Numbered from the stretch's first letter, positions 27,019 to 40,000 are shown. The stretch: 64,000 nucleotides of DNA from Octopus bimaculoides (GCF_001194135.2 NC_068982.1:91142793-91206792), one strand, 5' to 3'. The notes: generated by a model from the letters alone, not told the origin. Program-made: numbers and translations.

Positions 27019-27905
27019 GGGCGGCGAGCTGGCTAAACCGTTAACATGCCGGCAAAATGCTTAGCTACATTTCGTCCGTCTCTACGTTCTGAGTTAAAAT
27101 TTCGCCGAGGCCTACTTTGCCTTTCATTCTTTCAGGGTCAATACATCAAGTACCAGTTGAGGACTGGGTCGATGTAATCGACTTAACACCTCCCCAAAAA
27201 TTTCAGCCCTTGTGCCTATAATAGAGAGCATTATGATAATAATGATTAAGGTAGTGAGCTGGCAGAACCGTTAGCAAGCCGGAAAATATGTTTAAAACAT
27301 TTCGTCCGTCCTCATGTTCCGAGTTTAAATTCCGCTGAGATCGACTTTCCTTTCATCCTTTCGGGGATGAATACCAGTCGAGCATTAGGGTCTATGTAAT
27401 TGAATAACCCCTTCCCATAAAAAATTCAGGCTATGTACCAATAGAGAAAGGATTATAACGATGTTTAAGACGGCGAACTGGGAGAATCGTTAGCGCGTCG
27501 GACAAAATACTTGGCGGCTTTTCTTTATGTCTGAGTTCAAATCCGCCGAGGTCTACTTTGCTTTTCATCCTTTCGGGGTCGATAAAATAAATACCAGTTG
27601 AACCCTAAGATCGATGTAATCGACTTGCCCCACCCACTTAAAATTTCTTGTCTTGTGCCTATATTAGAAAAGATTATTTGTATTATGAAGAGAGCGTGGA
27701 CGGTGGTGTGTGACAGAGACGGTGTAGCATCGGACAAAATGTTTTGTTGTATTAAGTTCCGTCCATTTACATTCTGCGTTCAAATCCTTCTTGGCCTGAT
27801 ATTGTCTTTCCTCTTTCGGAGTAAAAAACGTACAAGTGAAGTTTTAAGTCGAGATGATTATTTTCTTACAACCCAAATTGTGGCCTTGTACCTATTTAGA
27901 AATCA
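27019..27905 (+). mobile_element. Array of four head-to-tail SINE family A copies
   Basis: Copies start at about 27019, 27250, 27469 and 27700; each has head, core and a ggccttgtgcc/cc tail, separated by short ATT/AAT-rich spacers. Confidence 0.85.
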
Positions 27906-29714
27906 ATATTCATAATAAACCGTCGTACACACAGTGAACAGCGAGTATCAAAACGAAGATTTGCATGTTTATTCCTGATACGCTTCGGCAGATTCGAACA
28001 TGAATCATCATATGCGCATTGAACAGCGAGGATCAAAGCGATGAATTGCATTTTTTTTATCGGTTGTTAGATATCAGCACGGATCAGTAAACAGTTTGTT
28101 CGCTAAAGTTATAAACAAGACCATCGGCTCGTTTGATATTCAGTAGATCGAGAATGCTTCTGGCAGACATTACAGAACAATGCCGAAAAACTGGTTTTCC
28201 CAGAATACTTTGTACTAATAAGTCGAGTGTGTTCTGAACACACATTGGTCCTAAAGAAGTTGTTCTAACAGCAATCAGTATATTCACGTTCGAATCTGCC
28301 GGAAGATATTGGTTTCAAATTTTGGCAGAAGGTCAGCAAGTTTGGGAAAGAGGGTAAATCAATGATACCGACCCCAGTGCTCAGCTAGTACTTATTTTAA
28401 ATTTGCCGGAACATACTAAGAACAGATATGCAAACTATCACTTATTATTTACTATCAGCATAAAAGCAAGGGTAATCATGGATAACACAAACGGTAGAGT
28501 GACAGAGAAAATGAAGAACGTTATTAAATTATGTTCGTTTTCTTTCTGAACCTTGGTGGTCAGTTATTATAAGAGAGATAAGCTTTTCTAGATAAATTGT
28601 GTCGGACTTCGAGATTTGAATTTTAAAGTTTAAAATATTTCGTTAGTCATATTGTTATCGATAATGTTTTTAACTGCATAACTGGGCGCATGGAAACATG
28701 TGTGCTTTGAGGATGTGAAGCGTTTTTGATTTTGTTAGGTGGGGTTGAAGTGTGTTGTTGTGGGAGTATTAAGATTAAGTCATATAAGTAGTGTTTAGTA
28801 GTACTATACTCAGTACGTTGTGTATGTATGTATGTATCTGCCTTTGTTCTTTTTGGTTATATACTTACCTGCCTCTTTCTTGTGTCATTACCAAGACAGG
28901 TATTATTTATTTTGAGATATGTATTTGTTTTCAACCCCCAGATTCTAACTACCTAATATTTCCAGGCCTTTGCTTTTGGTTAGTAATTTCATTTCTTCCA
29001 GAGACACATTGTCTCAAATGAAACTGATACAGCGATTAAAAGACATTTTTCTCCGAAGATTTTTGATAATAATGGGGCGGGTGAATTGCAGACGCTGAAG
29101 AAACTCGTGAAGCACGACGTCGGTAAATCAAAGGATGAATTCGTCGAATGCCAAATAAGTTTAATTACAGTATGAAGTAGAAACCATTTTGAACGACATC
29201 CTTTTAAAGTGGTAATTTGGAATAATTGAAGGAATATCGGCCAAAAATCCTTGCAAATACAAGTACGGTAGTTTAGATACTGAACCTAAATCCTACTATT
29301 ATAGCCTTTGCCTCTCATATTTCCGAAAAATCAATAAAATTCTAGTCAAGTATTGGGAATCGATATATAATCGATCATACTCTCTCGAAATATGTGACTT
29401 TGTACCAATCTTAGAAATTAAAGCATATTATCTGCTTGAGACATTTTACTCAGAAAGAAAAGCAAGCAACTTTCATAAGGTGTTTCTGTAGGTTAACCTA
29501 TTAGCAACTGGAAACTACCATATTTGATTATGTGTAACACGCATTCTCGTGTAAGTTGCACACTGACTTTGTGAGGAAATTTTGAGAGAAAGAAAGAATT
29601 TATTTAAATTCAAACAAATAATTTGTTCGTTTATCAAAAGTTTGAATTTTTGTGCTATACAGATATTATGAGTAAACTAGAATTTCAGACGAGAAAAATT
29701 AAATAAATTGTTTC

Positions 29715-29920
29715 AAATTTTGATACTAAGCCAGCTATTTTAGGATGAGGGAGCTAGTTAACTACATCGACCCCAGTTCTCGACTGGAACTTATTTTATA
29801 AACCCCCGGAAGGATAAAAAGCAAAGTCGACCTCGGCAGCATTTAAACTGAGAGCGAAAAGTCGAAAGAAATCCCGCAAAGTATTTTGCCTGCAACGATT
29901 CTGTCAGCTCGCCTCCTTAA
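29715..29920 (-). mobile_element. SINE family A copy
   Basis: atcgaccccag...ggataaaaagcaaagtcgacctcggc is the reverse complement of the core. Confidence 0.8.
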
Positions 29921-30033
29921 ATAAATAAATTAATAAAAATCACTTTAACCGAAAAAAGTACCTTACAAAACGAAAATAAATAGATATTATTTGGAAAAAA
30001 ATTATGTGTGCGTGTGTGTGTGTGTGTGTGTAT

Positions 30034-30287
30034 AATCAAAATAACAGGATGTCAAATATTAGTGCTATATGACTGTTTCAAACAGCTCCATTTAATTGAA
30101 CAATGCAAGTATTACATCAATTTAAATACATGGATTTTCAGCAGACAAGATATATAAATATAATTTTTCTCAAACATTTTGTCAGAGCTAGAGGATGAAA
30201 GAATTTTCATGCTGTCACTATTGCAGCAAAATTAATCTAAGAGAAGAACTCCAATTTTGGAGTGGCATCGAACATAGTGACGGTCAT
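30034..30287 (+). mobile_element. Inverted partial copy of the 5' end of the Penelope element at 31640-33473
   Basis: Reverse complement of 33195-33473, apart from one indel of about 25 bp and scattered substitutions. Confidence 0.8.
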
Positions 30288-30559
30288 AGGATTATAATTC
30301 ATTTTTTATTTTTTTATCTACTTTCTTATCATCAACAAAATATCTAAGGCTAGAATACTACGTTTATTGAGAATAAAGAAGATTGCGAAGTGACAGCTCA
30401 TAGCTGGCTGCTGGACATAAATGAATATCACTAGATGTTTCTCCTATTCCTTAATTTCTTACTACTTTGATAACTTTGGGCCAGTACAGGCGCAGGCCAT
30501 ACCTAACTCAATAGCACCACCTGGTGAAGTCTTTTAGTCATATGTGGAGCACCATAGCC

Positions 30560-31380
30560 CACTCTAGCAAAGAGTTATTATTGTTGGAGGCAAATCTGGG
30601 GGCAGGAGGTTGGTCCGGGATTTCTTGAAGAAATTTCTCCAGTGAATATTTGAATTTTATGGGATCCGTTTCCGTTTTGATGTATTTTGGTTTGGTAATT
30701 AAAGAGAGCTGGACCGGTTGAGGTAAAGTAATTGTGGCGTAATGTTGCTATGTTTACCGAGTTCGATTTTTGTAGTGGGCGGATGGCATGGGGGCCAAGT
30801 CTTGGATGGATTTTAAAATTGAATCCAACATCATTTGTGCAATACTGATGGAATATTTTCCACATAACACAAATGATGTAGCGTTCCCGGCGGCGTTGGA
30901 GAGAGTTGAGATTGAGTTTTTTTTAGTCGACCCCAGTAATCAGTACCTCTCATGCCGTCTATCAACCTTGTTATTGACCTCTGGAGTGCTTCTGCTTTCA
31001 TAATGAGTTGCTTCGTATGGCGAGGGACCACAGTGAGCAACAGTACTCAAGGTGGGGTCGGGCAAAAGTAGACTGGGAAGTTCTCATAATCCAAGAGCAC
31101 ATCTTGCGGGCCAAGTCAACTTTGCTGTTTACGTGGGAACTCCAGCTTAGATTGTTATCAACAATTACTCCAAGATCTCTGGTGTTATTGGATAATACTA
31201 GGGAGTCACCTGAGGAAAAAGCATATGGTAATTTCAGTGTTTCCTCTTTCCCAAAGTGGATCAAATCAAACTTCTCTTCATTTAAAAGCATATTAATTTT
31301 TTCTGCCCATTGGATAATAGCAAACAGTTCATAATGCCATAGATGCCCCTCACCACAAGAAGAAACAAACTTTAATTTCT
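30560..31380 (-). mobile_element. CR1-clade LINE 3' portion
   Basis: QWAEKINMLLNEEKFDLIHFG...RDLGVIVDNNLSWSSHV...RPHLEYCCSLWS. Confidence 0.9.
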
Positions 31381-31639
31381 TATTGTCATAAGAACCCCTC
31401 GCCACAAGAAGAAATACACTTTAGAAGGAGTCAATTAGATAGCAGTAAAAGCCCATAAAAGAGGTAGGATAGGGGTGACATTAACTCTTGTCATTATTTT
31501 CAGGCAAAGGGACTATGCTATGAAATATAGGACACATTACTGGGATCTAGGAAAACATTAAAAGCTCAGAGGGAAAATTTTTATAATCAAGGTATAGCAA
31601 AAGCCCGTGTAGTTGTACAAAAATTAAATTTTAATTCAA

Positions 31640-32024
31640 AAGTTAAAAAAAAAATTAAGCGGTATTAGAACCATGTTAAATAAGAGGGATATACAGATCA
31701 GTTTAAACATTAAAAAGACGATAACTACTATGTAAAATCACCCTAATACCTCATCATTATTTAACTCTTAGGTGGTCGCTTCAAAGGCCACCCAAACAAT
31801 GATCGCGACTTACATATGGAATTTATATTGAAAAATATACATATTATCTATTGATTGGGAGTAAGGATTCAGAAGCAGTATAATAAGATAAATGGTTCAA
31901 TAACATATAGACTTAATTAAATGTAAGTATACAAGAAAAATTTAACAGGTACGAAAATTGTGTACTGATATAATTAGATATAACAATATAAAAAATATAG
32001 CAAACATACACACATACAAAAAAG

Positions 32025-32064
<40 letters not shown>

Positions 32065-32580
32065 NNNNNNNNNNCAACAATGCACTATAATACAAAAAAT
32101 GGACTATATACCTGTTGTAATTTAGTTATCCATAGTCCGATGATATTTCGGAATACAATTCTTTCTTCAGATATTCTTAGATGGAGTCGCTGCTATAATC
32201 TGTTTTCCAACGGCTTTTCTTTTTTCGGAAGCATCTCAGCAGTGGTCTCACGAAGCTCCTTCCGGAATTCCTCATGAGAAGTGCGTACCTTAGGCACTTC
32301 TCTATATCTCTATATGGCTGCGCCCTCCGTATTATATCCCATTTAAGGCTAAATCTACTCCTGCTTTCCAAGATCTTACATGATAAAGAAGTACTATTAG
32401 CTTTATGTCTAAGTCTATACGATGAAAGATGGTTATTAATACGCTTTTTCATATTTATTGAACACCCTATATAGATAAAACTACCAGTTTAAGTCAAAAT
32501 TGTACAATTGTAAACTACGTTTTGGATTAAACAGCGACCTAATAACGAGCAATGGGATTTTACCCTACAATTGCAGCCGG

Positions 32581-32640
<60 letters not shown>

Positions 32641-33473
32641 TACTACTACTACTACTTCCATGAACTATAGTATCATTAAATTAATTGCAGAATCACCAGG
32701 TGCTGCGCCAGTAATACCTGGGCTAGTATAAACATCGGAGCCACAGTTTATATTATATATATTAGACATTATTTCTATTGTTCCAGATTCCTACATGTCC
32801 ACTATTACTATCATCATTACAGAGGTTTAAATTATTATTGTCAATACTATTATTATTATTAATTCCTCTAGCTAATTTTATATTCCTTCTATTAAATCGG
32901 GCAATGATAGTTTATTGAGAACGGTAGAATATGACATTCTGACTGCCTTACGGGAAATTATTCTATTATACCTATGGGATGCAGGGAAGCTTTTATCTAA
33001 AATTATCATAAATTTATTATATATGTTGGTAGATATAGCACAGTTAAAAGGAACATTGTACCAAACTACATTGCTCTCTCCAGACTTCTTATGCTTATGA
33101 GGGCGGATTCCACCTACTCTTCTTTCGCCTTCCGAACTCACAACTTGATTATTAAGTATGGCTACACTATTGGTATTTATCTCATCATTAGAGGATGACC
33201 CTCACTGAGTTCTATGCCACTCCAAAATTGTAGTTCTTCTCTTAGATTATTCTTGCTGCAATAGTGACATGAAATTCTTTCATTCTCTAGCTCTGACAAA
33301 ATGTTTGAGAAAAATTATATTAATATATCTTGTCTGCTGAAAATCCATGTTTATTGCAACCTAAGATAGAAATGTATTTAAACTGATGTAATGCTTGCAT
33401 TGTTCAATTAAATGGAGCCAATTCAAACGGTAGTATTGCACTAATACTTGACATCCTGTTACTCATTTTGATT
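31640..33473 (-). mobile_element. Penelope-like element (RT C-terminus, linker and GIY-YIG), decayed
   Basis: VVWYNVPFNCAISTNIYNKFMIILDKSFPASHRYNRIISRKAVRMSYS (PLE WFNPP..TN.G..F...DK.FP-type linker) and KKRINNHLSSY......STSLS.KI......LKWDIIRRAQPY (GIY-YIG). Confidence 0.8.
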
Positions 33474-33729
33474 TTATATTCACCTTACTTCGAGCTGTGC
33501 GGATAATACCGGACTGACCTGGTGCCTCAACTTAAGTACCTAATTCAATGGAATCTTATTTATTCCTTATATATATATGTGTGTGTGTGCGTGTGTATGT
33601 AGTTAATTTGAGGAAGTTAAGTCCTAATTAGGGATTATATAATCCAAGGTATTCCTCTGGTTCAATCCGCATCATATAATGGTAAAGACATTTGTATATG
33701 TTTAGGATTATTGAAATTATTAATATAAA

Positions 33730-33976
33730 GGGAAAAATTAGGAGAAGTAAACGGAGAATAGGTGGATGTAATTACTGATTTATTTGCATGTTGTAGAAAG
33801 ATGACGTGTCTTTAAAAAAAAAAACATTACAAATAAATTGGAAGCTCTTAACTTTTTTGAGCTTCAGCTTCCAATATATTTGTAATATTTTTTAAAAAAA
33901 CGTCATCTTTCTACAACATGCAAATAAATCAGAAATTACATCCACTTATTCTCCATTTTCCTCACCTTGTTTTTCC
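33730..33976. mobile_element. Foldback MITE with arms of about 110 bp and TA-rich flanks
   Basis: 33730-33846 is the reverse complement of 33866-33976 (ctgatttatttgcatgttgtagaaagatgacg / cgtcatctttctacaacatgcaaataaatcag). Confidence 0.75.
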
Positions 33977-34169
33977 ATATATATATATAATTACCAATAA
34001 TATGATTACATTTGGAATACTTAAAATTATGAACCGGTGCAAGGATACGTTGTTAATTTTTATTCACTGTCTCTGTCATTTTTGAGGCATTGAATTTCAT
34101 CTTCGCTGCTCTCGTTTTGGACACCTTGAAATTCTTCCTCACTGCTGCCGTTTTCAAAACTTTCAAATT

Positions 34170-34330
34170 TTTCTGCTATTCATAAATTATTTCATCTTGT
34201 ATGCCATCTAAGGCATTACTAATACTACACTCCTTCAAAAGTTTCAAGAAGCATGATATTGCATATGCAGCTAATATCTTCTCAATAAATTTGTGGCAGC
34301 GTGAAATCATCTCTTTAAAATCATTTATAT
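34170..34330 (-). mobile_element. Probable pogo (Tc1/mariner) transposase C-terminal remnant
   Basis: KECSISNALDGIQDEIIYE resembles the pogo-type KKCGISNALDG.EDD.I.E motif. Confidence 0.5.
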
Positions 34331-35531
34331 GTAGAATTTTTCTAGTGTTTCTCGTTTGAAGAATCACTATCACTGTCCGTTACTGCGTCAGTGTATCATA
34401 AAGGAAGCTACCGCATTTTCCTTTCTTCTCTTCTGCAACCAAAAGACGGTGTTCATGAGAGGTTAGTGATAAATGTCTGCTATCGAATGATTTACTTCGG
34501 AGATGTTGACAGCAGTCACCCAATTCAATATCTGCATGAGACTGATCAAATCTAGCTAGATTAGTATTTATTAAAACGGATCTCCGTCGCTAACAACGAT
34601 GAGTATTTATTCAGCTGAATGGCCTTCTCAGTAAATTGTGTGTAAGTGGTAGTTTACTTCGAAAAGACGTAAACCCATTGACGTAACCCTCAAGCAGAAT
34701 CATCGAGACGCAGGGTGTGTCGAGGGTGGGTTTTTAATTACGGTTTCCCCCCACACAGCTTCCACCTACCCATTTTCACTCATAAGATTTAGGTCGACTT
34801 GAGACCATAATATGAAACACATGCCCAAGTTTTCGCGCAATGGGATTGAACTCAAAATCTCACGATTGCAAAGTCAGATTCGTAATCAAAACCACCATTG
34901 GTTTTACTGTGAACATCTTCCCTACATTCAACACTATCATTACTCTTGGCCACATCTGAATGACCGAACCTATTTTACAGACCGACTGGCTACTTAAAGA
35001 TAGACTATCACTTGGCATACACTTTGTACTGCACGCCATCCAAATCGCTTATTTTCTAGTATATATAAACAAACAGTCTACATTTACGAAGCTTTTTCTT
35101 AGAAAAGATTTTCTGGCTAAACCAAGGGTTGATAAGTGCAATCGCACAGTGGTACATTCATCTATGTACGTTTAATGTTTGTGTTCTTCTGTGTGTTAAT
35201 CCGTATCTCGAAAGGTAACCTGGTAATCAGTTATCACTACCTAACTCTGTCACTATTTTCAGCTTCCCTTCAAACAAATCTTTTTCCGCGCCATGCATAC
35301 ATCAGATTTTACACAAATCTACGCAGTTTTCGAATTATTTATCTATTTATTTCTCTATTAATAACTTTATCTGTCACACACCATCTGCTTCTCTCTCTCT
35401 CTCTCTCTCTCTCTAAACACAAATACACACAGCATGAACAAACCACAACTGGCGAACTTCACGCTTACTGCAAACAAATTTACACATGTGTGTGTGTGTG
35501 TGTATTTATATTTATATTTATATATGTATAC

Positions 35532-35577
<46 letters not shown>

Positions 35578-35769
35578 NNNNNNNNNNNNNNNNNNNNNNN
35601 NNNNNNNNNNNNNNNNNNNNNNNNNNNNNNNNNNNNNNNNNNNNNNNNNNNNNNNNNNNNNNNNNNNNNNNNNNNNNNNNNNNNNNNNNNNNNNNNNNNN
35701 NNNNNNNNNNNNNNNNNNNNNNNNNNNNNNNNNNNNNNNNNNNNNNNNNNNNNNNNNNNNNNNNNNNNN

Positions 35770-35819
<50 letters not shown>

Positions 35820-35974
35820 TGACGCTGCACTGAAACGTATTTCAACAGAGTACTTATTTTTTATATTGTAATTCATTCAACGCCTTGTTTCTCATGAGCC
35901 GGTAAGGGAACCATGAATCGGGATATCAAACAACTTCTACATCGTAAGTGATATTGGGTGTGTATATATGAACA

Positions 35975-36360
35975 TCACTTACATCGACCTCAGTTCGTAA
36001 CTGGTACTTACTTCATCGACCAAAAAAGGATAAAAGACAAAGTCGACCTTGGAGGTATTTGAACTCAGAACGTAAAGACGGACGAAATGCCGCTAAGTAT
36101 TTTGCCCGGCGTACTAACAATTCTGCCAGCTCACAATATTAATAATAATAATGGTTTCAAATTTTGGCACTTAACCAGCAAGTTCGGGGAAGGTGGCTAG
36201 TCGATCATATTGACCCCAGTATTCAACTGGTACTTATTTCATCGACTCCGAAAGGATGACAGTAAAATGGACGACGGTCGAAGTTGAACTGAGCATATGA
36301 CGAAATGCCACTGGGAATTTTGACCGGCGTACTAACGATTCTGCCAGCTTGCCGCCTTAA
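35975..36360 (-). mobile_element. Two tandem SINE family A copies
   Basis: Two reverse-complement cores (36010-36135 and 36200-36358) with an (AAT)n spacer. Confidence 0.85.
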
Positions 36361-36409
36361 TAATAATAATAAGAAGAAGAAGAAGAAGAAGAAGAAGAAA
36401 ATCAACAAC

Positions 36410-38790
36410 AAACACCACGGGAACAAATAATTTGATCAAGGCAGCAAGTACTGTTGTAGCAGAAAATGTCAAGACAAGAAATATAATGGGAGTAACAAAA
36501 GAAAAGATCCATGGGGAGGGGAGAAAAATACAGTCGGGGTTAGATATGCTCTCGAAGGACATTTCCGTGTTAGACCGAAAAGAGAAGGGGAGCTTAAAAG
36601 CGAACGAAAATATAAGGTACAGAGCAGGAAGTATGATATTGAAAGAAAGGGCCTGAAAGTGGTAATGGAGGACTAAAACAGCGCCTCATTGCAAAGAAAG
36701 CATAGATGGTAAGATACGACCAAAGAATGAAGAGATACCAGCAGAATAGGTTATTCAGAGTAGATCAGAAGAGATTCGACAAAGAAATAAATGGAGAGTG
36801 TACAGATGAAAAGTTGATATCAGATAACATTGAAAGTCAAAGGTTTCGGAGTGACATTTGGAGCAAAGACAGTGCACTAAAAGAATGCTATACGGCTGAA
36901 AAAAAATGGAGTCATGCCACTTGAGCAGAAGGGCTGCAAGCGTAAGTGCAGAGGTACCAAGGATCAACTCCTGGTTGACAAAACTGTACTTAGAGACTGC
37001 AAGAGGAGAAAAAGTAAGTTAGCCATGTCATGGACCAATTATCGTAAGGTGTACGATATCCCACATTCTTGGATTATGGAACGTATGAACCTATTTGGTA
37101 TTGCATCAAATGTTGAGCGATTGCTTGGAAAAAGTATGGTGAAGTGGAGGATGGAACTGACAGCATATGGAAGAAGTTTAGGGACAGTAGAAATTAGGAA
37201 GAGCATCTTCCAAGGGGACTGCCTGTCCCCACTGATCTTTGTACTGTGAATGATCCCACTAACGCTGATTCTGAGAAAGCAAAGGCTGGGTATTTATTCA
37301 AGAGCTGCCAACAAAAAGTCAACCATTTGTTATTCATGGATGACCTCAAACTTTATGGTAAACATGAATCCTAAGTTGTTCCTTCGTTGATACGGTGTAT
37401 ACCTTCAGTGCTGATATCAGAATGGAGTTCGAACTGAAAAAGTGTGATGTGTTAATCATGAAGAAAGGCAAAATCAAATGTATTGACGGGTTATCGATAC
37501 CGTCGGGGGAGGTTATGAAGCAGATAGAAGAGACGGGCTATAAGTACTTGGGGATTTTGGAAATAGATAAATTGATGGAGAAAGAAATGACTGAAAAATT
37601 TAAAGTAGAGCACTTACACAGGCTGAGACTGATCCTTAAGTCGAAATTAAACGGACGGAATAAGATTGAAGATATCAACACCTGGGCGGTTTCACTACTT
37701 AGATATGGAGCAGAGGTAATCGCATAGACAGTAGACGAACTAAACAGCTTAGACAGAAAGACAAGGAAGTTGCTGACTAAATATGGGATACTCCATCCAA
37801 AACATGACACAGATATACTGTATGTGTCAAGAAAAAGGGGGTAAGAGGACTGATTGGATGCGAACACAGCATTTGAGCAGAAGATGACAACATAGCATGG
37901 TATGTAAAAAAATGCCACAGAACCGCTATTATTGAAAGCAAGAAGGTCAAGCTTGTGTAGGATGGAAGATTGAAGAAATGAAACTGAAAATAGGTGAATA
38001 AAGAAAAGAATTCATGGACAATTTCATAGGGATGATGAAGATAAGACAGACAGAGAAAAAGATGGTTGTGGATGACTAAAAGTAATTTAAAACCGGAAAC
38101 GCATGCTCTAATCTGCGCTGCCTAAGAGTAAGCATTAAGAACCAATTACAGCAAATGCAGAATACAGAATACATTAGAAAGTGATAAGTGCAGAATTTGT
38201 GGACAAAATGGCATATTACCAGTCAATGAACGCCACTAGCCCAGAAAGAATATAAGAGACGTCATGACAATATAGCAAGGATTGTCCATTGGACATTTTG
38301 CAACAAGTATGGACTTGACAGAGCAAAAAAGTGCTACGAACATAAACACGAAGGCATCATCGAAAATGATAATGCAAAGATCCTATGGGATTTTATGATT
38401 CAGTGCGACCATGAGAAAGAGAACAGGAAACCAGGCATTGTGTTAATTGAGAAAGAAAGCAAACGATACTGGATCGTAGATATAGCATGCCCAGCTGACA
38501 AGGTATGCGATAAGGAAGAAAGGAAAGTCGATAGATATGAGAGGCTAGCTTGGGAGGTTAAGCAGTTGTCACTGAAAAAGGTGGCAATAGTACCAATAAT
38601 TGTTGGAGCCCTGGGAACAGTGAGTAAAAATCTTGAGAAGTACATGGAACAAATAGGGGCTGCAATAAGGGTGGAACACTTGTAGAAAACAGCACTGCAT
38701 AGAACCGCTCGAAAAATAAGGGGTGTTACTTTAGTTGACAGGTAGTGAACAGCTGACACTGTTGTACATCTTCAGCGTTAGAAGCTGTGC
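36410..38790 (+). mobile_element. R4/Dong-clade element (RT, CCHC and REL endonuclease), 5'-truncated with many lesions
   Basis: [66 protein letters not shown]...IVPIIVGALGTV. Flanked by (TAA)(GAA)n and (TGA)n(GGA)n. Confidence 0.92.
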
Positions 38791-39114
38791 CAAGACAATA
38801 AAATGATGGTGATGATGATGATGATGAGGAGGAGGAGGAGGGGGAGGAGGATAAAAAAACAAAGTGTGCCTACGGTGTAGATATCAATAAGTTACAACAT
38901 GATATATATTGATTGACACAAGTGAACATTTCTCAGTGAATTGAAATTTTCTTCTTGGTTGGAGAAAGAAAACAAAAACGAAACAGTAATTAGTAGCAAC
39001 TTTCAAAGAAAGCAAAACATATTAGGATTTCAAGGAATTTAGAATTAATTTCCCGAAATTTGTCTAAATGTTTATAAGATCTTGTTTTTATTTGTAGGTT
39101 AAGTAATAACTATA

Positions 39115-39440
39115 GGTATGAAGCAGATAAAAGAGACGGGTTATAAGTACTTGGGGATTTGGGAAATGGATAAATTGATGAAATGACTGAAAAATTTAAG
39201 GTAGAGCACTTACACAGGCAGAGACTGATCCTTAAGTCGAAATTAAACGGATGGAATAAGATTGAAGATATCAACACCTGGGCGGTTTCACTACTTAGAT
39301 ATGGAGCAGAGGTAATCGCATAGACAGTAGACGAACTAAACAGCTTAGACATAAAGACAAGGAAATTGCTGGCTAAATATGGGATACTCCATCCAAAAAG
39401 TGACACAGACAGACTGTATGTGTCAAGAAAAAGAGGGGTA
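39115..39440 (+). mobile_element. Second copy of an internal segment (about 37510-37840) of the adjacent R4/Dong element
   Basis: Colinear sequence from tatgaagcagata.aagagacggg to gtcaagaaaaa(g)aggggtaa, with several substitutions and a short deletion. Confidence 0.85.
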
Positions 39441-39444
39441 AAAT

Positions 39445-40000
39445 ATGGGGACTTTGCGGTAGTATGAGGCTGCCAGTCGATCCCTAGCTTCTGTAAGACT
39501 CTCCACAGCATGTCTCGCGGCAAGCAGACATACCTTTTCGAGGTACACACGACACGTGTACATCTCTTGATAATACTGCTAGTACTTTTCGAAGACGCTG
39601 TAGTATGAATATTCGATCAGCCGTGCTAGTCAAAGGCGGAATATATGCATGGATTGTCAGCTACCTCAGGCTCTTCCATATCACTACATCTCTTTTCCAG
39701 GCATCTGGCGAATACTTTACCAGAGAGGTTGAGCAAAGACATTCCTCTATAATTACAGCCCTGTCTATTGTCTCCCTTTTTAAAAAGTGAGATTACTACT
39801 CCGGATTGCCATTCTTTTTATGTCTTTCCAAAGATCTTGTATGCCTGGCGTAAGTCAGAGAGAATACTTCCTCTGTTTAAGGCTTTGAACACCTGGGTCG
39901 AATTCCATTCACCTCAACGACTTTGCCACGATTGAGTACTTTAAATGCTTTTGTAACTTCAGCCTCTATGAAGCTAGCCATCCCTCTTACATGCACCTTT
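39445..40000 (-). mobile_element. RTE-clade LINE RT remnant
   Basis: Minus frames FKKGDNRQGCNYRGMSLLNLSGKVFAR, DRIFILQRL and PRDMLWRVLQKLG. Confidence 0.85.

Noticed and set aside
27019-27905. CRISPR-like or satellite interpretation of the periodic array
   Set aside because: The DNA is eukaryotic, and the units are about 215-bp SINE copies found dispersed elsewhere, with no repeat-spacer structure.
29091-29121. GACG-CTGAAGA-..TCGTG aag CACGA-CGTC hammerhead-like fold
   Set aside because: It lacks GAAA, stem III and the cleavage triplet entirely; chance or an unrecognisable relic.
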